A DNA stretch of 64,000 bases from the IMG/VR virus record IMGVR_UViG_3300048018_000259. One strand, 5' to 3'. The notes under the pieces are model-generated. The model saw nothing but the letters and a program-made list of their open reading frames with translations, was not told where the DNA came from and ran no database searches. Positions 38,556 through 48,856 of the stretch are shown piece after piece. The stretch is from an uncultured virus (IMG/VR IMGVR_UViG_3300048018_000259). Lineage: Duplodnaviria > Heunggongvirae > Uroviricota > Caudoviricetes > Crassvirales. How positions within the stretch are numbered: the stretch's first letter is position 1; the number at the start of each line of letters is the position of its first letter. Made by a program: the position numbers and the translations under genes.

Positions 38556-40076
38556 TTAATATCCATTGTTCATTGTATATGCGCTTTCTATTGAAAACAA
38601 TTGTTTTTCGCCGCCGTTGTTGGTTGTTTGATCTGTTGCCATAACTCCCGTAACAAAATAACCTTTTATCCCAGAAACAGCTTCTCCAAAAATTATTTCG
38701 CCTGGCATTGGTGCACTAGCATTAATTAAATTAGACACATATCTGTTTTCTTTTCTATTGAATCCTGCATAGTATCTAGGTACAGGAGGGTTTATTGTTC
38801 CAAAACCAGGAGGGTTATTCCCTGTTGCTAAAGCATAATTAGATCTAGGTATAGCAACTCCATTTGTGTTAAAAGCGTATTCACCTTCATAATAGCTGTT
38901 TATGCCACTTGATTGATCAAAATACATTTCTAAAGCTGAATTAGAAGGATTCAAATTTTTACCAGTAGCATCTGATGAAAGAGATAATAATTTCCAGCCG
39001 TTGCTGCCTTCATAGCCTATTGTTTTAAATGTTTTTGATCTAACTGGCTCTGCATTTAATATAAATGTTACATTAGCACCTCCATTCACACTATAAAAAT
39101 TGCCTCTACTAGCTCTAGTATCGTAATGTTTCCATAATTTTAAAACACCACCTGTTGATTGTACAGAATAAAAATTAGCACCTAAGCTAAACATTACTTG
39201 GGGCGCGTAAGAATATCTGCTTGTCCAACCTCGTATGGATTCATCAAATGATAATGTGTTGTACACTTGTGGTATTACTGTCGGCGCGCTGTATTGCTGT
39301 AAAGAAGCAACATATTGATTATTGTATATATCGTATGCACCTAAAACAGACCCCACACCAGCGGTTGTATTCAAATTATTTAGATTATCTCTAAAAAAAT
39401 CTTTCATATTAATAGCAGAAATCTCGTCAATACCTGATCTACTTAATCGTAGTATTGCATTGTTTTCTTTATCTGCAAAATACTTATGATATCCATAAAT
39501 AGCAAAGCTTTCTGGATTTTTACTTATTCCATATTTACCGGCATAAGGTTGTATAACTCCTATAGTTAAATTGCTTGCAGTAACTGCACCTCCGCCTTCA
39601 GCTGCATATATAGCATCTTTGTCTACCAATGCTCTACTAACTTTTCTTTCTTGGAATATTACTAAATTAGTATCCTCAGCATATAGTTTTTGCACAGAAC
39701 CATTAGCTGGGTCCGCACTTTTAGTTATATCGTCTGCTGTAGAAAAAACATTTGTATTATTAATTCCTGTTCTTGAATTAAATATACCTGAGTATATTAA
39801 TGTATTAAATCTTGTTACTGCATTTGGTTCGTCTTCGACTAAATATGCTTTAGCGCCGTAATCAGTAGAAGTATTATTATAACCCCCTCTTATACGTGCT
39901 TCTTCTATAGCCCAATCATTTGGATTGGAACCACCAACTACATTAACCACAGGATAACCACCAGCTACGTTGCTAGGTATACCGTCTGAGCCATTCCACA
40001 TTATATTATTGTCAGCTGTCGCAACCTTCTTTAAAACAAAAGAGTTAAAATACTTTACTTCGACTACTGCTCCCAT
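38556..40076 (-). CDS. Tail stabilisation/nozzle protein, C-terminal part (506 aa)
   Basis: YGISKNPES...YFAD....ILRLS..G..EIS...M..FF motifs of P22 gp10/crAss muzzle-like proteins. Confidence 0.65.
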   Translation of the reverse strand: MGAVVEVKYFNSFVLKKVATADNNIMWNGSDGIPSNVAGGYPVVNVVGGSNPNDWAIEEARIRGGYNNTSTDYGAKAYLVEDEPNAVTRFNTLIYSGIFNSRTGINNTNVFSTADDITKSADPANGSVQKLYAEDTNLVIFQERKVSRALVDKDAIYAAEGGGAVTASNLTIGVIQPYAGKYGISKNPESFAIYGYHKYFADKENNAILRLSRSGIDEISAINMKDFFRDNLNNLNTTAGVGSVLGAYDIYNNQYVASLQQYSAPTVIPQVYNTLSFDESIRGWTSRYSYAPQVMFSLGANFYSVQSTGGVLKLWKHYDTRASRGNFYSVNGGANVTFILNAEPVRSKTFKTIGYEGSNGWKLLSLSSDATGKNLNPSNSALEMYFDQSSGINSYYEGEYAFNTNGVAIPRSNYALATGNNPPGFGTINPPVPRYYAGFNRKENRYVSNLINASAPMPGEIIFGEAVSGIKGYFVTGVMATDQTTNNGGEKQLFSIESAYTMNNGY

Positions 40077-40080
40077 AGGT

Positions 40081-40109
40081 TATTATTACTTATTTTATTA
40101 TACATTTCC
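40081..40109 (-). promoter_or_regulatory. Putative late promoter (class 2 motif)
   Basis: GGAAAT-N14-GTAATAATA in a 34-bp intergenic gap. Confidence 0.55.
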
Positions 40110-40110
40110 A

Positions 40111-43100
40111 TTATACTATTTCAAAGCTATATCCTGTAAAATCCACAGCGGTTTCAGTTGGAGTTGAAAAGTTTGTATTACAATCTGTACAAGGGTGAGT
40201 TGGCCCCGTGCCTGCGTATAAATCATATACAGCACTTTTGGTGGCTTTAAGAAAAGGAGTAGTTTGATTGTTAGGGCAAGTTCCTCCAGTGCTAGTCACA
40301 GCGTCTGTATTATTTATTGTAACTATATTATTACCTGCTGTTAAATTTCCTATGCCTGTAGTAGGAAATAAATAAAAACCATTTTGCCCAACTCCTGCGC
40401 CTTGTATTTCAATTAACACAAAAGGATAACTAAGGGGGCTCCCATCAGTGTCTTGGCATTGTAATTCCCCTGTAACAATACTTGTAGGTGTTACACTTAA
40501 ATCTATTGTAGAAGTGTAGCTTTGCTGCTGCCCTTCTCCGCCAGCATCTCTTGCGACTAAGACAAACGTAAATTTACTGGCTGGCATATTTGGATTTGGT
40601 AATATTTTTATAGCGCCTACTTTTGTATTAGTATTTGCTGGGTCATCATTCTGATCTAGCTGAAAATAACCAGAGCCTAAAACATTTTGACTTCCTGCAG
40701 GAGCGTTTAAATCTGTTAAAGTTGTAAGAGTATAATCAAAGTCATCGGTTCTTAAACTAGTATTGCCTGCTCCGTTATGCGCTTTGACTTCAAAAACAGG
40801 GGATGAAACTTGCGTTCTATTAGCACGAATAGTTGTAGGTACTGATCCCACAACATTTCCATTTACTTTAATTTCTGTTGTTATAGGTGCTATATTAATA
40901 GGGCCCAATGGCGAACTTCCAATAGGCACAATATTCGTAGAAGCTACTCCGTCTATGTCCTTTGTTACGACTGTTAACTCAAAACTAAACAACCTTACCG
41001 CTTGATCTGTGCTAAAAAATATATTATTTATATATTCAGCGGTTGGCTTTATATTAAAGCTACCGTTTGTGCTGTTATATGTTAATGCAAAATATGGACT
41101 AACTGCTTGCACATTTACATTATTCAAATTAAAAACATTGCCGAGAGTTATGCTAGATACCCCTGCTGTTGGACCCGTTGCATCATACACAGGTAAATTA
41201 GTTCCAAAAGCATCAACTAAAAATACAGGTGCATTAAATATATTTTCAGCAGCTGTTATAGTTTCATCCCATTCAGCTACAAAATTGCCAACTCCACCTG
41301 CTGCATCACTAGAATTTAAAATTAAAGTGTTTAAATCGCTTATTATACCTGTAGTCGTAGTTTCCCAAAATATATCTAAAAGACTATCTACAGGCTCTGT
41401 TTCATACACGGATAAATATTGAATTCCGGGAGTTGCTAATTCACGAACACCGCTTGATAGTGCTATGCCAGGAGCAAAATATAAAACATCATTTTCCGAT
41501 AAAACTACACCGTTGTTTAATCGTATTATTGAAAATGCAACACCCGATGTAAAAGAAGTAACATAAGTCCCGTCGGGTATACCTATTCCTGTAACTATTG
41601 CATTGGTTGCTATACTTCCTGAAATATTCTTTATATTTATATCTGTGTTTAATGGATAATTAACAGGGGCAGCACCTGGATCATTTATTTGCGCTTCACC
41701 TGGACTATAATTTAATGTAGATATTTGACCTATTTTATTGTTAGTACTTATTCTAGCAACTAACGGGTTTGAATCTAGTAAATAAAACTGCGGGAAGTAA
41801 TTAGGGCTTGGCCTATTGTTAGGGTTATAATCAAATAAATCTTGAAGAGTTGATATTGTAGAAACTGTATGAGATTGTCTGCCTGGAAAATACTGATCGT
41901 TCATCAATGCGGGTTCTGCTAAATTTGATGTTCCAGCAATAAAAGGAGTAGATCCTAAATCTGTATTTTCAACTCTTCCAAATAGCCTAACTGAACTTCT
42001 AAATTGTTTTTGGTCTGGGCCTACTTCGTTTAAATCTCTAGGTACTTTATTTATATTGTCATTTATTAAAACGGTGTGCGATGTTTTATTTATTTCCAAA
42101 TCAACATCCTGCGGGTATGCGGCCATTATACCAGGCAAATAAACATTGTAGTATTCTTGCTCTGTTTGTTTTACAACAATTTTATAAGAATACCATCCAA
42201 GAGGGTTATAGCTGCTTCCGCCAGCGGTACCGTTGTATATACCAGGAGTTCCTAAGCCTACGTTTCTAGACGAAGATATTACAGAGTTAAACAATACTTT
42301 TAGTGAATTACCCGGAAAAGAGTTTTGTTCAATATTATTATCTAAATAAGGAGAATATATTGTGTCTCCTTGGAAAGCATTGCTTTCTGCTGTTACTAAA
42401 TTTTCATTATTTGAAAGAATAACTGAAGAAGTTCTGCCGTATCTGTCTGACAATACTACGCCTACTTGATATGTTCTGTTTTGTTTTACAGTTGCATTAG
42501 GATACTCTACTATTGAAACCGTATCTTTATCGTCACTAAATGCAGTTACAGTTAAAACTTGACCAGCTGATATATTTGTTATGGTTTTATTTAATGTTAT
42601 GTCTGTTAAGTTAGGTTCAGTCCCAGACACGGCTGTAATTTGTGTTTCTGCTAAAACTCCTGATCCTGAAACAAAGCTACCCACTTCTATGTTACCCTGA
42701 CCAGATCCTTGGTTGGTTGCTATTACAGTTCCTGCGCTATAAGTGCCGGCATTTGTTACTTGAATAGACCCGCCTTGTAGATTAAATGCGCTTTTTTTGC
42801 TAACACCTACATTGTAATCTAATGAAGCTGGAGGCGTGTGTTTATTTTGAAAATTACCATACACAACCCTGTTACTAGCTATTTCTTGAGCAAAAGCACG
42901 AACAGGCACTTTGTCAAAAACTCGAGTAATTGCATCGCTTGGTAATGTTTTTATAGGCTTTTTAGATATATAATTGTATGCAAATACAGTGTCAGTTGCT
43001 GTGCCTTCTGTTAACTTAGCTATAGGTATTGTATCTATAACTTTTACAGCCAAGCCGTCTGACTCCTTATAAAGTATTTCTAATTCTTGTATTTTTAACG

Positions 43101-44382
43101 CATCGCTAAGTTCACTTTTTTGAAAAGGCAATGGTATACGTAAAGTTATATCGTCAACTTTATTTTCCATAAAAGAAACAATTGTACTTCTATACGCTGC
43201 GGTTTGATCATCATCTAATTCTAGCTTAAGTATTTCTGTATCTTTATTGTAAGTAAAATAACCGTCTTGCTTAGGTATAAATGCAGGCTGCGTAAATGGA
43301 GCCATTATAGAATATTCGTTGTCGTCAAATCTATATCTATAGCTAAATCTAACAAATTTGTCTTCTAGGTAAGATGGATCTCCTGCAAAATCTGGGTTAT
43401 AATAGGGGTTTGGATTTAATACTATTTCGGCATTATTTGGAATTTCAAAAGGAAAAGTAGTTATGCCAGAAAGGGTAAGATTCCATTGAGGTGGCGGTGG
43501 AGGAGTTCCTGGGGGATTTGCGGTATAAGAAACTCCAGTAACTGTAGCCCCTGGTATTATTAATATAGTACCGTCAGTTTGAACAACGCCAATTGTGGCA
43601 GCTCCGTAAATCCTTCCGCTTATTGAGTCAAGCGCAGGGTTAGTTCCGTCAGCCGCTATTTGACCAGATACAGAATCAATTTTAACTGGAGCTATTGTTG
43701 CTCCATTAGCATAAACTTGAGTTGAAAATCCAGCGCCTCCATTTGGAAGAAACTTGCTGGTAACATCTTTCATTGTAGTTTCATACTTTCCAGCACCACC
43801 TAAAGTGCTCGCTTGCCATAGCTCTATAGCTTGATAAGGATTATATTTTGCTACACTTATTTGATCTTCCGTTGTATAGTAGGCTGCATTGTCTTCTGCA
43901 TAACCTATGTTTATCTTTCTAGGCTGATTATAATTGTCAGTCCAAAATAAAAAATCCTCTAATATATTTGATGCATATATTCTATAGTCTGTTGAAAAGT
44001 TTAAAAATGCTCCTTCTACTAATATTCTTGTAGCATTAGCCCCTTCACTTGCATTGTTTGTATCAAATTGTATTATATAATTTTTAGCTAATTTTTCATA
44101 TGAAAGAGATTGAAAATTATTAGTTAAAAATAAATAAACATAACCGCTGGACTCATCGACTTGCTGACCTATGCATTCTAAACCTGCAGCTAAGCCAGGC
44201 ATGGTAGCTATATTAAGTACTGGATAATTGCCTAATACGTTTTCTAAAGACCCAACTGAATCTCCTTCAGATTTGTTTACTTGTATATTTACAGCATCTC
44301 TATACTCACCCTGAGGTACTAGCCTAGCGTCTAAATCTTTATTTAATTTGCTTTTTATAAAGGTATTTCTTGCTTGTGCCAT
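40111..44382 (-). CDS. Tail stabilisation/nozzle protein, N-terminal part (1423 aa)
   Basis: NKDLD.RLVP.GEYRDA.N, LFWTD..NQPRKIN, RFSYRY, NRVVYGN motifs. Confidence 0.7.
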   Translation of the reverse strand: MAQARNTFIKSKLNKDLDARLVPQGEYRDAVNIQVNKSEGDSVGSLENVLGNYPVLNIATMPGLAAGLECIGQQVDESSGYVYLFLTNNFQSLSYEKLAKNYIIQFDTNNASEGANATRILVEGAFLNFSTDYRIYASNILEDFLFWTDNYNQPRKINIGYAEDNAAYYTTEDQISVAKYNPYQAIELWQASTLGGAGKYETTMKDVTSKFLPNGGAGFSTQVYANGATIAPVKIDSVSGQIAADGTNPALDSISGRIYGAATIGVVQTDGTILIIPGATVTGVSYTANPPGTPPPPPQWNLTLSGITTFPFEIPNNAEIVLNPNPYYNPDFAGDPSYLEDKFVRFSYRYRFDDNEYSIMAPFTQPAFIPKQDGYFTYNKDTEILKLELDDDQTAAYRSTIVSFMENKVDDITLRIPLPFQKSELSDALKIQELEILYKESDGLAVKVIDTIPIAKLTEGTATDTVFAYNYISKKPIKTLPSDAITRVFDKVPVRAFAQEIASNRVVYGNFQNKHTPPASLDYNVGVSKKSAFNLQGGSIQVTNAGTYSAGTVIATNQGSGQGNIEVGSFVSGSGVLAETQITAVSGTEPNLTDITLNKTITNISAGQVLTVTAFSDDKDTVSIVEYPNATVKQNRTYQVGVVLSDRYGRTSSVILSNNENLVTAESNAFQGDTIYSPYLDNNIEQNSFPGNSLKVLFNSVISSSRNVGLGTPGIYNGTAGGSSYNPLGWYSYKIVVKQTEQEYYNVYLPGIMAAYPQDVDLEINKTSHTVLINDNINKVPRDLNEVGPDQKQFRSSVRLFGRVENTDLGSTPFIAGTSNLAEPALMNDQYFPGRQSHTVSTISTLQDLFDYNPNNRPSPNYFPQFYLLDSNPLVARISTNNKIGQISTLNYSPGEAQINDPGAAPVNYPLNTDINIKNISGSIATNAIVTGIGIPDGTYVTSFTSGVAFSIIRLNNGVVLSENDVLYFAPGIALSSGVRELATPGIQYLSVYETEPVDSLLDIFWETTTTGIISDLNTLILNSSDAAGGVGNFVAEWDETITAAENIFNAPVFLVDAFGTNLPVYDATGPTAGVSSITLGNVFNLNNVNVQAVSPYFALTYNSTNGSFNIKPTAEYINNIFFSTDQAVRLFSFELTVVTKDIDGVASTNIVPIGSSPLGPINIAPITTEIKVNGNVVGSVPTTIRANRTQVSSPVFEVKAHNGAGNTSLRTDDFDYTLTTLTDLNAPAGSQNVLGSGYFQLDQNDDPANTNTKVGAIKILPNPNMPASKFTFVLVARDAGGEGQQQSYTSTIDLSVTPTSIVTGELQCQDTDGSPLSYPFVLIEIQGAGVGQNGFYLFPTTGIGNLTAGNNIVTINNTDAVTSTGGTCPNNQTTPFLKATKSAVYDLYAGTGPTHPCTDCNTNFSTPTETAVDFTGYSFEIV

Positions 44383-44388
44383 TAAATT

Positions 44389-45612
44389 TTAGTGTTTAAT
44401 CCATTTCGATTTACCTCTCATAACCTGAACTATTTCATCAAGTTTAATGTTTGATAATCTTATTTTTGCATTTCTAAGCTTTGCTCTTCTATCTTTTTGA
44501 AGACGTGCAACTAAATACTCTTGCTGTCCTGCCCTTGTAGATATCATAGAATACAATATAGACGCGTATAACGCATCTTCAGCCATCTTAGGTACTTTAG
44601 TATCTGCGTCATACCCTAAGCCATCTGATATATATTCTAATACAATTAGTTTGCCGGCTAAATTACTTGAAAAAGACATTTTGCCGTCACGATCGTCCAT
44701 ATTAAACCAGCCATTCACCTGAGAAGTTTGTGGATCTAACCCGTATTGCCTTCCCCAGTTCCAGCTGCCTTCAATGCCGTAAGCGTTTCTAAAGTCAATA
44801 ACTTCATCTATATCATTTCCCTGCTGGCTGTTTATTATACTATCATTTGCTTTTTTCCATCTTTCCGAAGTAAGAGAAGTTCCTTCAATGTTTTCCCCAA
44901 AGTTGTCTTGCGTCGGCACGCCCGCTTGATCTTGCACAGGCGTTTCAAAAGGAGCTATAGTTAAATTATTTGCAGGGTATATAATTCTTTTTACACCTAA
45001 TTCATCTATCCAAGATACTCTAACATAGTTTACATAGTCCTGAGGCAATATAACGCTTAAACTAGCAGGTATATTTAGCTCTTGTGAATGAATACTTTTT
45101 AAAGTATCATAGCTAAATTCTTGCAAAGATCTTTTTGCAAAAAATAATACATCAGATTTTTTGGCATTTTGTATTAGTTTACCATCCCCTACATAACCAA
45201 CCATAAAGTTGTCTATAGCATCTGTTAACTTTATATATTCATAGCTTCCGTAATTATCTTCTACAGTATCTCCATAAGCTTTTTCAGCTTCTGTTTGACC
45301 ATACTTACCTCCTGTTAAAACTTTTAATTGCACAACAACAAAAGTCCCAGTGGGTAAAGTAGCTGTAATGTCTACAACATTATTTACAACAGCGTAAGCT
45401 AATAAATACTCTGTATAAGTTCCGGGCAAACCATTTGCGCTAGTATATACTTTAAAATTATTTAAAGCATAATTAGCATTAGCTGGGTTCCAATCACCAA
45501 ATACTAAATCTGTATCAAATGTAGTTGAATATACTTGATTGTTTGCTCCAGTAGATAAAAATCCCTGAGCACCTTGATAGTATTGTTTATTTGTTTCAGT
45601 TATTAATCCCAT
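44389..45612 (-). CDS. Putative tail ring/adaptor protein (407 aa)
   Basis: LPQDYVNYVR and LEYISDG motifs; position after the capsid genes. Confidence 0.6.
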   Translation of the reverse strand: MGLITETNKQYYQGAQGFLSTGANNQVYSTTFDTDLVFGDWNPANANYALNNFKVYTSANGLPGTYTEYLLAYAVVNNVVDITATLPTGTFVVVQLKVLTGGKYGQTEAEKAYGDTVEDNYGSYEYIKLTDAIDNFMVGYVGDGKLIQNAKKSDVLFFAKRSLQEFSYDTLKSIHSQELNIPASLSVILPQDYVNYVRVSWIDELGVKRIIYPANNLTIAPFETPVQDQAGVPTQDNFGENIEGTSLTSERWKKANDSIINSQQGNDIDEVIDFRNAYGIEGSWNWGRQYGLDPQTSQVNGWFNMDDRDGKMSFSSNLAGKLIVLEYISDGLGYDADTKVPKMAEDALYASILYSMISTRAGQQEYLVARLQKDRRAKLRNAKIRLSNIKLDEIVQVMRGKSKWIKH

Positions 45613-45618
45613 TTGTTA

Positions 45619-46395
45619 CTATGATTTTTCGTTAATTGATGTTTGTTGGGCTTCTTGAGAAGCTACTTGTATTATAGTAGGATCATTTATTATTACTCCA
45701 GCGTATTTTAATATGTTAATTATTAAATTATTTTTTTCAGATATATCTAATTCAAAATCTACAGACGGACCAGAAGCACTAGCGTCATATAAGTATTGTC
45801 CTTGTGTACCAATATTAAATCCCCAATTAGGAACAGTTGGTGCAAAAAGACAATTTATGTTTAATGTCATATTTGTAGCAAAAGGAGTTACCTTAACAAG
45901 AAGTTGTTGCGCTGTAGATGGAGCAACTAATGTAGTTGTTTGAGTTGTTACCGCTAATGGATATTGAACGGTTGGAATTGTTAGCTTGGATCTTATAATT
46001 TTATTAAAGTCCGATTGGCTAACTAATTCTGTTACAGAATTGTAAGTAGGATTTCCAGGATAGGTTGATATTATATCTCCTATTTTATATATAACGCCAG
46101 CTCCTGAGTATATAAAACCAAGGTTTGTTGTGTTATAAGTAAAGGTGGCATTTCTTTCGAACGGAAAAAGTTTATAAGCAGTGTCTTTAAACATGTTAAA
46201 AAACTCTGTATCGTTTTGAGTATTTTTTTGGTTTTGACGATTTAATTGATTACCGTCTGGAAAGTAAGACATAAATATTTCGCTTTGTACTTGAGTCGCT
46301 AAACTATTAAACTCAGCTGGAGGTATATACCCTCTCTGTTCTTTGTTTAATATGTACAAGACTGTTTGATATACTGTGTTTATACTTACTGCCAT
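45619..46395 (-). CDS. Putative tail tubular/adaptor protein (258 aa)
   Basis: NKEQRGYI.P.EFN..A..VQ N-terminus; context. Confidence 0.6.
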   Translation of the reverse strand: MAVSINTVYQTVLYILNKEQRGYIPPAEFNSLATQVQSEIFMSYFPDGNQLNRQNQKNTQNDTEFFNMFKDTAYKLFPFERNATFTYNTTNLGFIYSGAGVIYKIGDIISTYPGNPTYNSVTELVSQSDFNKIIRSKLTIPTVQYPLAVTTQTTTLVAPSTAQQLLVKVTPFATNMTLNINCLFAPTVPNWGFNIGTQGQYLYDASASGPSVDFELDISEKNNLIINILKYAGVIINDPTIIQVASQEAQQTSINEKS

Positions 46396-46414
46396 TTGTT
46401 TATTTTTATATACT

Positions 46415-46436
46415 AAAAAGGCGGCCGAAACCGCCT
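46415..46436 (-). terminator. Intrinsic terminator
   Basis: AGGCGG-TTTCGG-CCGCCT followed by a T tract on the - strand. Confidence 0.65.
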
Positions 46437-46441
46437 ATATA

Positions 46442-46470
46442 TAGTATCACTTGTTTTTATAGTTTTTTAT
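46442..46470 (-). promoter_or_regulatory. Putative late promoter (class 2 motif, weaker match)
   Basis: ATAAAA-N14-GTGATACTA. Confidence 0.4.
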
Positions 46471-47281
46471 CTATAGATTTATAGATTTCAACACCTTCGT
46501 CTGTTTTTAAGAAAGCCGCAAATGCTGAATAAGGATTTTCATCAAAAGGTACGTTCATTAATTTTCTATCATTTGATCCCCAACTAAAAGTTCGTTGATC
46601 TTGCGATAACTTAATAATACCCATTTCCTGTGCTCTAATAGAAAAGTTTCTTAATTGCACATTTTCATCATTAGCTAAACTTAAAAATAGTTCAGGATTG
46701 CTTCTTGCAAATAATAATAAATCTCTTTTTAATTCTTTTGAGCTCATATCATTTACTTTAGACCCTATTTCTACTCTTAAAATAGCTTCTCCAAAATCTA
46801 CGTCCATTGCTCTAGCTGCGTTTAAAGCATCAATTTGAAGATCTAAAATGTTTAAATCATCTGAAGCTTCTGCTACAGCGCTAAATTCTTCGTACATTTT
46901 ACCTTTTAAAGGGTGGTATAAAGATAATAGCTTTTGTAAATTTTGTTGTTCTTTTTTGACAGTTAAACTGCCTTTTAAAAATCTTATATGTCCCATTGTA
47001 ACTTCACCTTTTTGTTCATCTACAAGAGGTGAATCTTGATTGGTAGCATATCTTATTTCTCTTTGTTTTCCAGTTTTTTCGTCAAAGAATAATAAAGCGT
47101 GCTTTCGCGTGTGTTTACCCGGTAATGTTAATGTTAAAGGATTTTTATTTCCTTTTAAATAATATACTCTATCTTTAATTTCCCACTCTGGTTTTGTGGG
47201 CTTTACTGGAGTAGCAACTTTTGTTACCACTTCTTTTTGAGGCGCAACCTCAATAGTTTCTGCTTTAGCTTGTTTAGCCAT
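46457..47281 (-). CDS. Head-associated hypothetical protein (274 aa)
   Basis: Immediately downstream of the major capsid gene. Confidence 0.55.
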   Translation of the reverse strand: MAKQAKAETIEVAPQKEVVTKVATPVKPTKPEWEIKDRVYYLKGNKNPLTLTLPGKHTRKHALLFFDEKTGKQREIRYATNQDSPLVDEQKGEVTMGHIRFLKGSLTVKKEQQNLQKLLSLYHPLKGKMYEEFSAVAEASDDLNILDLQIDALNAARAMDVDFGEAILRVEIGSKVNDMSSKELKRDLLLFARSNPELFLSLANDENVQLRNFSIRAQEMGIIKLSQDQRTFSWGSNDRKLMNVPFDENPYSAFAAFLKTDEGVEIYKSIDKKL

Positions 47282-47309
47282 AATATAATAAAATTAAATA
47301 GTTATAAGA

Positions 47310-47350
47310 GTAATAATTACCCCCGTCAGTTCAACGAGGGTAAAAATTAC
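47310..47350 (-). terminator. Hairpin after the capsid gene (terminator/attenuator)
   Basis: Imperfect inverted repeat GTAATAATTACCCCCGT...ACGAGGGTAAAAATTAC. Confidence 0.5.
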
Positions 47351-47366
47351 ATTAATGTTGAATCAA

Positions 47367-48842
47367 TTAGATTCCTTTGAATAATACAAAGTTGTTAGCA
47401 GCTTGTGTTACTAAACATCTTTCAGATAGGAAGTTTACTTCCATAGCATCTAAAGTAGATGTAAATGCACCACCGGCAGAACCAGTTAACCAAGATTTCA
47501 TTCTTCTATCATCAGCTTGTGAAGCTCTATATCTTACGTGTAAGAAAGGTCTTCTAATGTTAGTTCCTAATACTTGATCGTATACTGTTGAAGTTCCAGC
47601 AGGTACTAATACTCCTTCTACTGAATTGATACCTACAATTCCACCTCTTGTAGAAGCGTCATTTAAGTATTTCCAATCTGTTTTGTAAAAGTCGTAAGAA
47701 CCTCTTCTAAATCCTGAAAATCCAAGATTTAAAGCCATTTCTTCTGAATTTTCGAACAATCCGAAAGCAGTACCTCCTTGAGATCCTCCTGAGATTGCAG
47801 CTAGCATATCATCAAAATCCAAAGCAGTTTGTCTTTGTAAAAATAACATGTTTTCTTCAATAGCTCCTTGAGTATCTAAGTTTTTAAGAATTGCATCAAA
47901 TTCGTCAAGTCCAGCAGCAGCAGTAAATCCTACTTCTACATTACCACGAGATTGAATAGCAGCAAATAATCCTTCAGATCCAGGCATAGTACCGTTAGCA
48001 TAACCTGCACCACCTGCACCACCTGCGCCTATTTGGCTAAATTCACTTTCGATCATACTCATTTCTAAGTAATCTTCAAAACGCAATCTTGTTTCAGATT
48101 CAGCTTTTAAATACCATAAGTATCCAGATGTTCCGTCTTCAGTTGCAACTTCTACCCATCCAATTTGAGCCATATCAGATCCAGATACTACGTACTGGCT
48201 TCTTAGGATAATTGGTGAATTAGAATATTGTGTAAACTGAGGTTCTACGCTTAGTCTTGTAGATGAATTACCAACTCCAGTACCTATTGTAGTTCCTTTT
48301 GTGTAAGAAGAACCATATACAAATACTTTAATTGATCCTGAAGTTAAAGCAGCACCTCCAACAAGGGCAGCTCCACCAAAAGCAGATACAGCAATTGTTC
48401 CGTTAGCACCACCAGCAACTGCTTGTACAGAAGCGGTAACAATACCTTTTTGCTCAGCACCTGTTGTAGTATCCAAAAGAACAACTGTATCATTTACTGA
48501 TATAACATTTTGTACTCCTGGAAGACCAGCAGCTGGTGCTACTGTGATAAGTCCACCACCGAAAGTACAGTTATCATAAGATATGTGTAATCTATTTTGT
48601 TCTGACCAAATTACTTGATCACTTGTCATTGGCATTTCAGCGCCAACCATTCTTAAGAAGCCAGATAACGTACGGTTTCCGTAACGCTCTACTTCAGCTT
48701 CATATACTTCTGGCAAATACTGCTGAGCGAAAGAATTTGAATCACCCACGTTAGCACCGCCGTTAAATTGTAGATAGTTGCTATTTAATAGCTCCTGTCT
48801 AGAGGAAGGGATTAAGCTTCCAAATTGTGGAGTTAAAGCCAT
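47367..48842 (-). CDS. Major capsid protein (491 aa)
   Basis: terL-portal-scaffold-MCP synteny; biased codon use; size. Confidence 0.85.
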   Translation of the reverse strand: MALTPQFGSLIPSSRQELLNSNYLQFNGGANVGDSNSFAQQYLPEVYEAEVERYGNRTLSGFLRMVGAEMPMTSDQVIWSEQNRLHISYDNCTFGGGLITVAPAAGLPGVQNVISVNDTVVLLDTTTGAEQKGIVTASVQAVAGGANGTIAVSAFGGAALVGGAALTSGSIKVFVYGSSYTKGTTIGTGVGNSSTRLSVEPQFTQYSNSPIILRSQYVVSGSDMAQIGWVEVATEDGTSGYLWYLKAESETRLRFEDYLEMSMIESEFSQIGAGGAGGAGYANGTMPGSEGLFAAIQSRGNVEVGFTAAAGLDEFDAILKNLDTQGAIEENMLFLQRQTALDFDDMLAAISGGSQGGTAFGLFENSEEMALNLGFSGFRRGSYDFYKTDWKYLNDASTRGGIVGINSVEGVLVPAGTSTVYDQVLGTNIRRPFLHVRYRASQADDRRMKSWLTGSAGGAFTSTLDAMEVNFLSERCLVTQAANNFVLFKGI

Positions 48843-48856
48843 AATTTTTTAGTTTT

